The notes under the pieces: generated by a model
Told to the model about the DNA's origin: nothing
Databases searched by the model: none
The model's input: the letters and a program-made list of their open reading frames with translations, nothing else
Assembly (NCBI GenBank): GCA_009914755.4
Contig: CP068257.2
Location: 30,336,001-30,400,000 of the forward strand
Source of the DNA: the human T2T-CHM13v2.0 reference genome, Homo sapiens
DNA: 64,000 nt
Direction: 5' to 3'
Shown here: positions 17,011-31,366 of the stretch, in pieces
How positions within the stretch are numbered: the stretch's first letter is position 1
Layout of the letters: each line of letters begins with the position of its first letter
Made by a program: the position numbers and the translations under genes

Positions 17011-17370
17011 ACACCCAGGTCTATTAGTCTGTTCTCACGCTGCTAATGAAGACATACCCGAGACTGGGTACTTTATAAAGGAAAGAGGTTTGATGGACTC
17101 ACAGTTTCACATGGCTGGGGAGGCCTCACAATCATGGCAGAAGGTAAATGAGGAGCAAAGTCACGTCTTACATGGTGGCAGGCAAGAGAGCTTGTGTAGG
17201 GGAACTCCCCTTAATAAAACCATCAGATCTTGTGAGACTTACTACCATGAGAACAGTATGGGGGAAACCTCTCTCATGATTCAGTGATCTCCACCTGTCC
17301 CCGCCCTTGACACATGGGGATTATTACAATTCAAGGGGAGATTTGGGTGGGGACAAATCAAGTCACCCAC
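17011..17370 (-). mobile_element. THE1-type MaLR solo LTR
   Basis: tctattagtctgttctcacgctgctaatgaagacatacccgagactgggtactttataaaggaaagaggtt...gggattattacaattcaaggggagatttgggtggggaca is the reverse complement of the THE1 consensus. Confidence 0.75.
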
Positions 17371-20300
17371 CCAGAAGTTCCTTCATTTGAGAAGGGATCA
17401 AAAAGGGACCCTTTGTCTATGCCCCAGTGAGGTCACTGAGCCTGGCCTCTCCCCTCTTTCCTTTTCCAACGTAAAGTTTTCATCCTGATCCCATGAGCGG
17501 TGCACATCGCTCTGGAAGATTCTTCTCTGGGCTTGTCTTGCACGCAGGGCTGCAGTGGAGCATGGTGGTTACTGGGGCCCACACTGGGCTCCTAGGCAGC
17601 CAGTGAAGCAGGTGTCCAGAGACACTGATGACAGGGAGTGCCCAGCTGCAGGACTCTGTGCGAATGTGATGGGAGCTCAGGAGAGGGACTTGCCCCCGGC
17701 ATAGAGGTGGGCAATGGCACAGGTCTCCATTTCAGACAGACCCTGGGGCAGAGAGAGAGGAGAAACTGGCAAAGACAGGGCTGGAGGTGGCCGGCAGTGG
17801 GCAGCCGGCAGGGGGCGGGGCAGCCAGAAGGCAGTGATGCTGCAGTGGGGCCCGTGGGAACAGAGGAAAGGTCACATGTGAAATGGTCAGCATTGTCTAC
17901 TGGGCAGCTAGTTGTCCTGAGGATGTTAGAAAGAACAGCTTCGTGAAGTGCCAAAGGCAGAAGAGAGGTTGCATGGATTTGGGGGGTGGGAGAGGGGAAG
18001 GGAAGTCAGTGAGCATCTGCCTCTCCGTCAGTGACACTGCAGTGAAGGGAGAGAACATGACCTCGATAGAAGGATGCTCAAGGCCAGGCAGGAATGGTGG
18101 GCCTTAGCCTTGACCCCAGGCTGGATGCCCCCTTCCTCAAGACAGGCTGTGGGGCTCGGGGAAGATGAGGATGGAGACAAGCCCTTTGGAAGGTGGGCTG
18201 TGGCCACAGAAGCTAAGCCACAAGCCCAGGTGTGGCTTTCAGGCTTAAAGCCAGAGAGCCAGGTGGTGGGGACCCAGATGCCCCCTGAACTCTAGACCCC
18301 TCTGGCCAGTTGCTTACTAAATGTTAACCCCCTCTTGCATGAATGAAGGGGTCTTGAATCTAGCACGCTCTGAACCAGACTCTCCCCCCGCCGCCCTCCG
18401 CCCTCCACCACAGTAGCAGCCCCATCCTCCCCAGCAGTGCAAGGAAGAAACCCAAGAGTCCTTGACTTTGACCCTCCCCTTACCCCCAGAGCCAACCCAT
18501 CACCACATTCTGCCAATTTGACCGCTAAACCCCTCCAACCCCTGCACTCTCTCTGTCTCCATCCCCACACCTGGTCCCAGCCACATCACCTCTGTCCTGG
18601 ACTTCTGCTATGCCCTCCTAACCGACTCTCTTGCTTCCGGGATGGTGGCCCGCCACTCTCTCCTGCCTGGCCGTCAGAGCGAGCTTTTCACCCTCGCACC
18701 GCATCATGTCACTTTCCTGCTTGAGACCTTCGGAGGTTTCCTTCATTTGCCAGGCAGACTCCGTGCATGGTCGCCCTGTGTGGTTCAGCCCCAGCTTGCT
18801 TCTCCTGCCTTGTCTCCTAGCCACATGGCCCACACACACAGCGCTGCATCCCTCCCTGTGCTCAGTCCACAGCCTTCGGGCTTGCTGTGCTCTCTCTGCC
18901 TGTGGGGGCTGTGCACATGCTGCTCCCTCTTCCAGAGTGTTTTCCCTGCTCCTCTTTGCTGAACCTAAGTGTCTTCAGATCCCAGAGCAAGATCACCTCC
19001 CCATGGGCACCTGCTGTTCCCTGACCTCTGCCATCCAGTCTTATCCTATCGATCCTATCTGCCTACCACGTTCTACATCCTGGGGCCTGTCCCATTTGCA
19101 GCTGTTTATTTGTTTTGGGGTTGTTTGATTAACATCTCTCCCTCTGGGCTGTGAGTTCCAGAAGAGTGGGCTCTGAGTCCCTTTTGCTCCTCACAATATT
19201 CCCAGAGGCCACACGATGCCTGGCATGTAGGTGCTCAATAAATATTTGCTCAATAAACAAATGAAAAGATCAAGTGGGCCCTGATCAGAGTCTCAGAAAA
19301 TGGATAGGTCTGGGATAAGCAACCGGAATAGGTAGAACATTCCAGGTGGGATACCTGGCTGGATTAAAGGCAGGGGGATACCTGCAGCCTAGCACACATA
19401 TGACGTTATCATCACCAAATGGCCGTGCCTTACGGCAGGGAGGGACCTCTTATGGTCACCTGCACTGAGGGTGGTCACCCCAGCCAGAGTCCAGGGGATG
19501 CAGAATTCACTGTTAGACTTCCTGCCTCGTGCTTTGCATGTCACTCATGAGGACCTCAAATAACAATGCAAACTTAGGTGCATGGAGAGCCCAATGTGTG
19601 TACCCTAGGTGGCCCCTAAGCCAACTTGCCGATGCCCTGGTCCACGCTGACCTGACACCTGCCCCACTGCGAGTGTGTGTCGGAAGGGGCCAGAACTATA
19701 GTGGGAAAGGGGCCCTTCTTTCATCTCGATTCCTTTTCTGTGTTATTTCCTCTGTCCTGAAGACACATGGTGAGCGTTTTAAACATTTGTTGAAATATTT
19801 AATGGTTAGGATTTAAATAGGAACCCTAATGGGCAAACAGCATTCAATTTTCTATGATCCATTTGTTTCCTCTAAACTGCAGTGATACTTCTCTAATTAA
19901 ATGACAGCTATTACCAGATGATCCAACTTGTCTCCCGAGGAACCTAGAAAGTGGAGTGGGGCTAGTTCAGGAAAGGGAAGGGCCCAGGCCTCACAGGGAA
20001 AGTCCATTCGGAGCCAGAGGACCTTCCAGTCGTCCTCCGCACCACATGGCAGGGGGTGGAGCTGGATGGGGAGAGGGAGTGGTGGAGAGGTTTCAGATTG
20101 TGAGCAAACCAGGGTGTGGCCCAGGGCTCGTGTCCCCTAGGGCTGTCATCAACCCGTGTCCCGGGCACTGAGTGCAAGCAGTGGCCTCTTTGTTCCTTTT
20201 GATTCCAGTTCGTTTTCTCCTAGGAGACAAAGGAGCTGAATTAAGTTGCAAAAACTTCCCTCTTGGGGTAACCGTGCAGTGATTTTACAACTTTACCATT

Positions 20301-20799
20301 TTCTCTACCTCTTTTTCCTGTCAAAGGCAGAGACTGTATCTATAAAAGTGGGGTGCATTTCTCATCTGAGGAGGACACCTATCGTGTGTGCCCGACGGAC
20401 TCCTTTTTCTGAAAAAGAGAACCCCCCAGGACTTTGGGGGTCGAGGTGGGGAGGTTATCATTTTAAATTGGCTTATCAAAGCCATTAGAGAGCCCAGGGC
20501 CAGTTTTATTAAAGTCTTTTGAAAAATAATGTTAATTTATAGGAAAATGTCAAATCCAGCTAGGAGGTCTCCTCTGCAATGACAAAGTAATGTTGGCGTT
20601 TTGGAAGAAAACTGACGGAGAGGGTGGCAGGGAACTGGATTCGTCTGCTTGGCTGCTCTAACAAGCACCACAAAATGGGTAGAAATTTAACTTTTCACAG
20701 TTCTGGAGGCCAGGTTCAGGGCTTACGGATGCATCACTATGATCTCTGCCTTCATCTTCACACAGTGTTCTCCTGTGTGTGTATCTGTGTCCCAATTTC

Positions 20800-21052
20800 C
20801 CTGTTCTTTTCTCTCCTCCCTCCCTCATTTTTCTCTCTTTTCTCTCTTTTCTTTCTTTCTCTTTCTTTTCTTTTTCTTTTTGCTTTATTCTTTTCTTTTT
20901 CTTTCTTTCTTCCTCTCTTTCTTCTTTCTTCCCTTTTTCCTTCCCTCCCTCCCTCCTTTCTCTCTCTCTCTTTTTCTGCCTTCCCTCTCCTCTCCCCTCG
21001 CTTCCTCCTCCTCTCCCCTCCCCTCCCCTCCTTCCTTTTTCTTTCTCGGTTT
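20800..21052. repeat. Roughly 250-bp polypyrimidine (CT-rich) tract, (CTTT)n/(CTCC)n-like
   Basis: Pure C/T on the + strand over about 250 bp. It generates several artefactual ORFs (poly-Lys/Glu/Arg on the minus strand). Confidence 0.9.
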
Positions 21053-21307
21053 CCAGACCAAGCTGGAGTGCAGTGACACAATCATATTTCATTTCAGCCT
21101 TGACCTCCCTGGCTCAGGTGATCCTCCCACCTCAGCCTCTCTAGTAGCTGGGACTACAGGCATGCACCATTATGCCTGGCTAATTTTTTGTAGAGAGGGG
21201 GTTTCAACATGTTGCCCGGCTGGTCTTGAACTCCTGAGCTTAAGGCATTTGCTCATCTCAGACTCCCAAGGGGCTGGGATTACAGATGTGAGTCACCATG
21301 CCTGGCC
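21046..21307 (-). mobile_element. Alu (5' part replaced by the CT tract)
   Basis: Alu consensus, reverse orientation. Confidence 0.85.
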
Positions 21308-21574
21308 CAAATTTCCACATTTTTAAAGGACACCAGTCATACTGCATTAGGGCTCAACCTAATAGCCTCATTTAAACTTGATTACCTCTGTAAAGATTCT
21401 CTCTCCAAATAAGGTGAAATTCTGAGGTCCTGGGGTTAGACTTTAACCTATGAATTTTAGGAGAATACAGTTCAACCCACACAGGGATGAAACATTTAAA
21501 GGCAAATATTAAAATATTCACTTTGTGTCTTATTTCAAAATCTATATAACTTTAAAAAATATAGTTCAGAATCA

Positions 21575-21920
<346 letters not shown>

Positions 21921-22314
21921 CCTGGTTACTTTGGGGGACAGAATGCCTGGCAGAGGACATGGGGATGGCAGGGAGGACCTTCCAGATGCTGGCTGTGTTC
22001 TGTTTTTTGATCCAAGTGCCATTTCTGTGGGTGTCTTTGCTGTTTGAGAAAACATTGAGCTGCTGACTTATCATTAGAGCACTCCTCCATACGGCATCTT
22101 AGATTTTAATAAAAAGTTTACCTAGAAAATCTATTCAGCACACGAGTTAGGACATCTGCTGTCTACTTCCATGGCAATTTCAGGATTTGCTTTCTGTCTA
22201 TGAAAACCGAAACGAATAATTCTCAACCAGAGCTGCAGGGCCGTAGGGGAAGCATTTAGGGAATAAATAGCAGGTGCAGATTCTCGAATTGTTGAAGGAT
22301 GTTCCTTTTCACAG

Positions 22315-22362
22315 GCCTCTCTGGACACCTGGACACGAGATCTTGAATTCCATGCCGTGCAG
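22315..22362 (+). CDS. HUNK: HUNK 48-nt coding exon (ASLDTWTRDLEFHAVQ)
   Basis: Acceptor gttccttttcacag| and donor GTAAGA at 22363. Exactly 16 codons, phase 0/0. It links ...KESYE to DKKPKEQ... and matches the recalled HUNK protein. Not detectable in the ORF track. Confidence 0.8.
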
Positions 22363-22384
22363 GTAAGAACTTGGGGGATTATTA

Positions 22385-23165
<781 letters not shown>

Positions 23166-23406
23166 CAGGCTCTGCCAGCCCCATCCTTATCCAGAATTAA
23201 AACATGCAGAATCCTGTTGTGAGTGAGTTTATCAGAATCCCTTTAGATCACATTGGTTCTTGCTATGCGGAATTGGCTGTTTTTTATTGTCTTGTTACAA
23301 CTCTACACCTGCCTGTGCATTTCTGTTACCACCTGTATGAGAAATGGAGTTTGCAGCTATCTAGAGCTTCCTGGCTCAATGGCCTAATTTATGAACAAAA
23401 CCCCAC

Positions 23407-23700
23407 CTTTTTTTTTTGAGGTGGAGTCTTGCTGTGTCACCCAGGCTGGAGTGCAGTGGGTGTGATCTTGGCTAACTATAAACTCTGCCTTCCAAGCTCA
23501 AATGATTCTCCTGTCTCAACCTCTCAAGTACCTGGGACTACAGACGCTCTCCACCATGCCAGGCTAATTTTTGTATTTTTAGTAGAGACAGGATTTCACC
23601 ATCTTGGCCAGGCTGGTCTCAAACTCCTGACCTCAAGTGATCTGCCTGCCTCGGCCTCCCAAAGTGCTGGGATTACAAGCATGAGCCACTGCGCCCGGCC
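23407..23700 (-). mobile_element. Alu
   Basis: Canonical Alu, reverse orientation. Confidence 0.9.
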
Positions 23701-26700
23701 CAAAGCCCTCTTTTTATCCACTCACTTGTAGGTTTTTCTGCAGCAAAACCAGGTTTCTTCTTATGTGATGGGTGACAAGGAACCAAAACCAACCAGCCAA
23801 CGACATCTGGGCCCTGGGCCATCCCAGGTGGCAGCAGTCAGCACTTGGTTCTGACAGACCAAACAGCCTGGTGAGGCTTATTAATCATCAGAGGGAAGGA
23901 AAGCTCCAGAAAAGCCCATGTCGAACTGGACTTGATAGAGTTACTCAAAGAAAACTTACCTCAGCTCCCAGGGCTCCTCTGCCACATGTGGAAACAGGCA
24001 GATTTCCCAGGCAGCCATCCATCCTCCGGCCTGGGGTGATGAGGATGCAAAGCAAGCATCCGTCCCTGTTAAATGGATGCATTTGCTGTTCAGGCGATAA
24101 AGCAAGTGTGATGTGTGTTCATTGTTATCCTCCCAGAGCTGGGAAGGATCCACACTTTTGGTTACACGTGGGAAAACACCTCCCTCGAGGAGAAGTGAAT
24201 TGCCCAAGGTTACCCAACACATTATGGAGAGAGCGAGGAATGGACTCCAGACTTCCGGACTGCCGAGCTGTGACCATGGCTGGGATCCTCAGGTGGAGCA
24301 CCTGTGGCAGCCATGCCGGGAAAGAAGGGGGCGCTATGGGTCTTTGGAACACAGAAGCCTGGGGTCATTCTTCATTGGCCATCATACCCCCAGTTGCACA
24401 GCCATCAGGGAAGACTCTGAAGGGAACCAGCTCTCTGGAGCTCAGACCTCAGAGGCTAAGGATGGGTTTCCCCCTCCTGTAGGCATCTCCGTCTCCTCCA
24501 CAGGACAATATACAACATTAAGGATCCTGGGTAAATGATTGTTCATGGGGCTGCGTTTTCAAAATGTCCCACTTTGCAAATGTCCGTGCACATCCGCAGT
24601 GGGTGGAAATAGTTGATAGAGAACAAGAAGGTGTTTAGTGTATGGCTTGCCTCTGGGGCCTCATGTGGTCTTTTCTCTGATCTGCCTTGGGGGATTTGGA
24701 ACTGTGCCATGAAGGTGCGAGAGGGCGGGCTTCGAACCGAGAGCTTGAATTCCATCGCCCACCCTCAAGTCTATGTGGGTGCTGGAGCGCATCGGAGGGA
24801 AGCCAGGAGTCTCTGCAGGCGGCAGCCTTGCCGTGTGAGGAGCTTGCATGTGGAAGGGGGAGGTGATAGTCCCTCTGAAGATCTGTTTCTGTTATGTAAG
24901 GCAATTTAGCATCCTGCTCCCTAGGAAATTTCTTTTGGAGAAAACAGGCCATGCAAATGAAAAAGTCTAATTGGGTGATTGGCTGCATTTGGTAACATGT
25001 GCTTGGAGGGCAGGGAGATTGGCTAGTTGTAAATAAACATGCTTTCTCTGGGCGGTTGACCCTTCTGCGTGGACTGACTCTGAGGTTTGTCCCCGACAGG
25101 GAGCAGGTGGGGTGAATTTCTTGATTTCTCCTTAGACACCAGTTACTATGAAATCACTGATTCTTTTCAGCTGGAGAAGGATATGCTAGGGGTTCTTGGA
25201 GGACATACCAGGGTGCAGGATGTTGGGATGAAGTTTAATAAGGGTGGTCTTGGCAGGGTTTCCTGGAATTTTCTGTCTGGGGGTGCATTTTTCCTTTTTT
25301 CTGCCCCCATAGCAGCTTTCTGCTCATTGCCAAATAGCCCCCTTGTCAGTGACGGGAGAAATTTGGTCTTACAGGCCAACCTTGGTCTCTTTGCACAGCA
25401 AACCCCCACGCATTACACACCACTAGGTACCCATAGACCCTAACTGGGTGGCGATACTGGTCCGCAGAAGTTTTGCATCTTGATTGTTAAGCTTTTGAGA
25501 ACCCAAGGAGGGTTAGAAAGGAATGAAAATAAACCTAGACAGCCACCGGCAGCTCTCAAGGCTGTGGGCCACAGAGCAGCCTGAAAAAAATGTTTGCTGA
25601 TCGATTTAAAAAGCAATCCTAAAACAGAAGGAACTGCCGTGTTGTCTTTTCTACCAAATATTGTTTGGAAATGTATGACAAAGGTGCATTTGATTACTTT
25701 TTCCTGTAGAAGGTGTTAGCAGGTAGAGCTGGTGACTTTAGCATAAAAGTAGAGAAAGGGAACCAAGTAAAAGGAGATTGTGCCAGATTTTTCAGGAAAG
25801 CCGGTAACATTGCCTTTGCTGCTGGATGGGTGTGTGTCTCTGTGTGTGTAAGCGTGTGTGCAAAAGCTTGTTCTCCTTTGCCTTGGAGAAGGTGGCCTGT
25901 TGGTGTGTCATGCACACAAAGGGAGAGGAAAGCCGTGGAAAATAGTGATTGTCCTTTGCTGGCTTCAACCAAGGTGACCTGGAGGACACGTTCCCCTTCA
26001 TGGCATCCCAGATAACGTCCTGGAGCACATAACCTTCTCTGGAACATTCAGATCCCACTGCAGGAGCCTAGGACTGTGGCATGCTCCTGCCTCTGGGCCT
26101 TTCCATCTCTGGAACCGCCTGACCCTGCTGCAGGCTCTGAGAGTGTGGTGTCAAGTCAAGGGTTGACAACATCAACTTCAGGGCCGGGAAAATCCGCGTT
26201 TCCACCGGGCTCATGGGTGGATGACATAAGCACTGCAGGCTGTTTCTTCACATGTAAAGGAGGTAGCAGAATTTGCCTTGTGGTGGGTCATGCCCTCAGT
26301 GCAGTGTCTGGCACCCTGCATATTCTCAAAAAAGGCTGGTGGCAGCTGTGAAGGTGCTGAGGAGGGAGTTTGAGGAAGCTTTGCCTCTCCTGTCTTCCCA
26401 TGTCACCCCTTTGTTAGGGAGGAGCCACATCAGCTACAGGCCAGGGCCCTAGAGAGCTGTAGCCCCTCACAGTGGCACTTGCCACGAGGCTCAGCATCCC
26501 CACTTCCCACATCTACCCTGTCGTCTTTCCCACTCAAAAACTGGACATCATGAACTCTTATCTGCAGACTTTGAACATCCTTATTAGAAAGGGCTGCAAA
26601 AGTGTAGAGAGATATTTCCCTGAGAAGCTTCTCAACAACATGAATGAAAAAATAGACGAGCTCTCTTGGTTTGCAAATGCTCTTAAAGTTGAGGGCAAAA

Positions 26701-27047
26701 ATGTGAAAAAGAAGAGTCTTTTTTTCCTCCTCACCCACGGTGAGGTCAGAGGTGGAGTTGCTTTAATAGTAAACACCAAACACAGGCTTTAGGGCTGGAA
26801 AAAGAACTGCTGCTGCTTCTTAGTGACATCACCCTTCCCAGAAGCTTGAACTGAGTTAATTTTAGTTCAGTTCAGTTTCTACCAGCCCTTTTAAAAAACA
26901 TTTTAATAACTATTTATTAAGCTTTCTGTAAGCATCTGGCTTTATGCCAGAGGCTGTGGACTTGAAGATACATAAAATAGTCAAATTCATTCCTATCAGA
27001 TGGATTATATTCTAGTACAACGAAGGCAAGATTTAAACCAAAAGAAT

Positions 27048-27363
27048 GGCCACTGCCAAGCGTTTTGGCTCACATCTATAGTCCCAGCATTTTGGGAAGC
27101 AGAGACAGGAGGGTTGCTTGAGGCAGGAGTTCAAAACCAGCCTGGATAACATAACGAGACCCCATCTCTACAAGAAATCTTTTTTTAAAAAATAGCTGGG
27201 CATGGTGATGCACACCTGTAGTCCCAGCTACTCAGGAGGCTGAGGTGGGAGGATCACTTGAGCCCAGGAGCTCGAGGTTGCAGTGAGATATGATGACACC
27301 ACTGCACCCCAGCCTGGGTGATAGCACAAGACCCTGCCTCAAAAAAAAAAAAAAAAAAAAAAA
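27048..27363 (+). mobile_element. Alu
   Basis: Canonical Alu, forward orientation, poly-A tail. Confidence 0.9.
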
Positions 27364-27949
27364 GCTTCATACACACGTTCATACACACGAGTACTAAGTA
27401 CGCAAGTAAGTGCTCACACGATTAGGGTAGAAAGGGCTGGAAGCCCATCAGGACCGCTCAGGGCTCTCTGGATTTGTTGTATATGTTGTGTTGGCACCTC
27501 CTTGGCTTGACTGCCCCAAATAGAACCTGATGTGAAGGTGGAAGCAGTTATGTTTCCAGTTGCCTTTGCAAAGCCGTTATTGCAGGCACAATCTTTAAAT
27601 GTAGACAGTGGGTTTCCAGAAGTCCTGCTCTGCTTCACCTTGGTTTGTTGGGCTTGTTCCAGAAGAATTGACCTCCTAGGAATGCCCTGCCCTTGCTGGA
27701 ATGCCTTGGAAGAGCACAGTGAAAGGGAACTGGGGTCCATTGAAGGCCTCTCGCTGCCCAGGCAGAGGGAGATGGGCTTCCTGGAGCATTGGCTGGGCCA
27801 CAGCTCCTCCCTCATTCAACACACAGTTGAGAGCATAGAGTATTGAAAAGGTGGAGTTTCTCTAATCAGTTTGGATGACTTTTCAAAGAGGAATCCCATT
27901 GTGTCTTCTAGTATGTGTCTAAGTGCATATGTTTGCTTCTGATTTGTAG

Positions 27950-28130
27950 GATAAAAAGCCCAAAGAACAAGAAAAAAGAGGGGATTTTCTTCATCGACCA
28001 TTCTCCAAGAAGTTGGACAAGAACCTGCCCTCGCACAAACAGCCCTCAGGCTCGCTTATGACACAGATTCAGAACACCAAAGCCCTCCTGAAGGACCGGA
28101 AGGCCTCCAAGTCCAGCTTCCCCGACAAAG
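27950..28130 (+). CDS. HUNK: HUNK coding exon (DKKPKEQEKRGDFLHRPFSKKLDKNLPSHKQPSGSLMTQIQNTKALLKDRKASKSSFPDK + 1 nt)
   Basis: Acceptor ttgcttctgatttgtag|; donor GTGGGT at 28131. Ends in phase 1 (G), completed by AT of the last exon to give GAT (Asp). Confidence 0.88.
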
Positions 28131-28319
28131 GTGGGTCAGCTCTGGGGACTCTCTCAGGCCACTCGTGTTGGGCTGTGTGTCCGCTGTGTAGCCCTCACAG
28201 GGGATGGTCGAATGGGCCCTAGAGCAGAGATGATTCCTGTGCCCACAGAAAAGCAGGATTAATGGACCTGAGGTTGCCTGAGCACAGTCCAGGACCAAGC
28301 TGTGTGGCATTAGCCATCT

Positions 28320-28510
28320 GTGCAGGAAGAATTTGAGAAAACAGAGATGGGGTGCAAAGTATTACGGAAACAGAAATTGGGGTGGATGATATTGTCAGAA
28401 CAGAGGTTGGGAGGCACAGTATTGCAGGAGCAGAGATCAGGGTGTGTGGTACTGCAGGGGCAGAGATGAGGCTGTAAGGAATTGTGGGAGTAGAGATGGG
28501 GTGCAGAGCA
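28320..28510. repeat. 30-bp minisatellite, about 6 units (consensus attgcaggagcagagatggggtg...)
   Basis: Tandem units starting gtattacggaaacagaaattggggtgg / attgtcagaacagaggttgggaggc / attgcaggagcagagatcagggtg / actgcaggggcagagatgaggctg / attgtgggagtagagatggggtgc. Confidence 0.8.
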
Positions 28511-29544
28511 GAGACCGGGTATCTCCCTGAGTTCAAATCCCAGCTCTACTGCCTGCAGAGGTCCAAGTTCCTTTAGTGCTGAGGATCTTCACTGGATTAT
28601 TTGTAAGGCCTCCCACCTGTTGGAGCTGTTGGGTAGATGAGATGAGATGCATATATAAGCTCCCTCACCTGAGTCAGAATCCAGCCCATCACAGATAACT
28701 GACAAATATGTTTCCCTCCTCTGGGACGAGTGCTAAAAGATGCAAAAGGCAGACCTTACTGGGCACAGGCTTAACACATGGTAGAAACGCCAAGAGGGGA
28801 CACAGGAGCTGAGGGCGTCCTGAAGCAGAGCCATGAAGTAGAGGAGAGGTTCTTATTACTGAGGGGGATGAGACACTTCTTGGAGTTCAATCTCCTAAAA
28901 TATGAAAGACCAGGTTCAGAGAGGGCCGTGGCTGTCTGAGATACACTCAGGTGTAGCGGGCAGTTAGTCCCTGAGCGGGACTTGAACCTGCCTCCTGTCC
29001 TTCTATCTCCCATGCTGCTCCCGGAGAGAAGCCACTGTACCCACTTTGCCCAAAGCAACCTGCTTTCCCTGGGGCAGAGCATGCAGTGGATCGGGGAGGG
29101 GCAGCAGTGTCCATGTGGCAGCTGGAACACTGGAGACCTTGGCCATTAATGAAGTTTTACTTCTTTCTGCTGATGCATCTCAGGTGCCTGCGCCGGCCTT
29201 TCATTTCGGTGCCTGTGTGTTTATTTCTGCAAGGCAGGGAGGCTTCCCAGTGCCCTCAGCCACTCCCAAAATCGATCCCAGTGGGCAGGAGCTTGCTCCT
29301 GCAGCTGGGCCTCCACAGAGCCTATAAAACGTTATGGGAGAAGAAAGAAGCTAAGACAGAGCTTATTCCGCATGAACTTGGCTTTATTTCCCTCATCCCC
29401 AAATCTGTAGGGGGTTTCCCCTTTCTTTTCTGGCCCAGTTTCCAAACCTGGATTCTAGTCTATGCCAACCAGAGACAGAAACCATGGGGATCTGGCAGGT
29501 TGCCTTAACTGTATGGATGGATGATATTCTTCCCCCGTTCAGAA

Positions 29545-30398
<854 letters not shown>

Positions 30399-30707
30399 GG
30401 GTCCAGAATTTTAAGCAACCAAAAGCAGGGACGATGTTAGGCTGGGGCCATGAGGCAAATTGGAATCCAGGAGACGTCCTGTCGCCAGCCCTCTGTCCCT
30501 CCATCCTAGGAAGACTGCCCGACCTCTGTGGGGAGAGTGACATGCTGCTGGTGACTTTTGCAAAGTAGCCAAGGCTGTTTGCCGGTTGGTTTCTTCTGAC
30601 CTTGGCGGGAACTGTCTCAGTTAAGCTGGAGGTCACAGCAGGCAGGAGAAGGGCCGTGAGCACTGTCCGGACGTCCTCATGATTGTTTATGCTTTCTTGG
30701 TGTGCAG

Positions 30708-31366
30708 ATTCCTTTGGCTGCCGCAATATTTTCCGCAAAACCTCAGATTCCAATTGTGTGGCTTCTTCTTCCATGGAGTTCATCCCCGTGCCACCGCCCA
30801 GGACCCCGAGGATTGTGAAGAAACCGGAGCCCCATCAGCCAGGGCCCGGAAGCACTGGCATCCCCCACAAGGAAGACCCCCTGATGCTGGACATGGTGCG
30901 CTCCTTCGAGTCTGTGGATCGCGACGACCACGTAGAAGTGCTGTCTCCCTCTCATCACTACAGGATTCTGAACTCCCCGGTCAGCTTGGCTCGCAGAAAT
31001 TCCAGCGAGAGGACGCTGTCCCCGGGTCTGCCATCCGGAAGCATGTCGCCTCTCCATACTCCTTTGCATCCAACTCTGGTCTCTTTTGCTCACGAAGATA
31101 AGAACAGCCCCCCAAAAGAGGAGGGCCTGTGTTGCCCACCTCCGGTTCCCAGCAATGGCCCCATGCAGCCTCTGGGGAGCCCCAATTGTGTGAAAAGCCG
31201 AGGCCGGTTCCCTATGATGGGCATCGGACAGATGTTAAGGAAGCGCCATCAGAGTCTGCAGCCATCTGCAGATAGGCCCCTGGAGGCCAGCCTGCCCCCA
31301 CTGCAGCCCCTAGCCCCTGTGAACCTTGCCTTTGACATGGCCGATGGGGTCAAGACCCAGTGCTAA
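30708..31366 (+). CDS. HUNK: HUNK terminal coding exon, coding part (DSFGCRNIFRKTSDSNCVASSSMEFIPVPPPRTPRIVKKPEPHQPG...LAPVNLAFDMADGVKTQC*), stop TAA 31364-31366
   Basis: Acceptor ctttcttggtgtgcag| at 30706-30707. The long ORF 30683-31366 in the track shares the frame. C-terminal tail rich in S/P with no further splice donor. Ends with the recalled HUNK C-terminus. Confidence 0.9.

Noticed and set aside
17592-19154. Cluster of 60-165 aa ORFs in a GC-rich stretch, possibly a CpG island or hidden gene
   Set aside because: CpG dinucleotides are sparse, there are no splice-consistent ORF chains, and the peptides are low-complexity (P/L/S/C-rich). It looks like ordinary GC-rich intron, not an island or exon.
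20624-21326. Overlapping ORFs encoding poly-Ser/Leu/Phe (+ strand) and poly-Lys/Glu/Arg (- strand)
   Set aside because: Translation of the 250-bp CT-rich tract plus the adjacent Alu. Low-complexity artefact.
30679-31101. 140-aa ORF in an alternative frame overlapping the HUNK last exon
   Set aside because: Its ATG lies in the intron upstream of the acceptor at 30707 and would not be in the mature mRNA. The composition is an Arg/Pro-rich off-frame artefact typical of GC-rich coding sequence.
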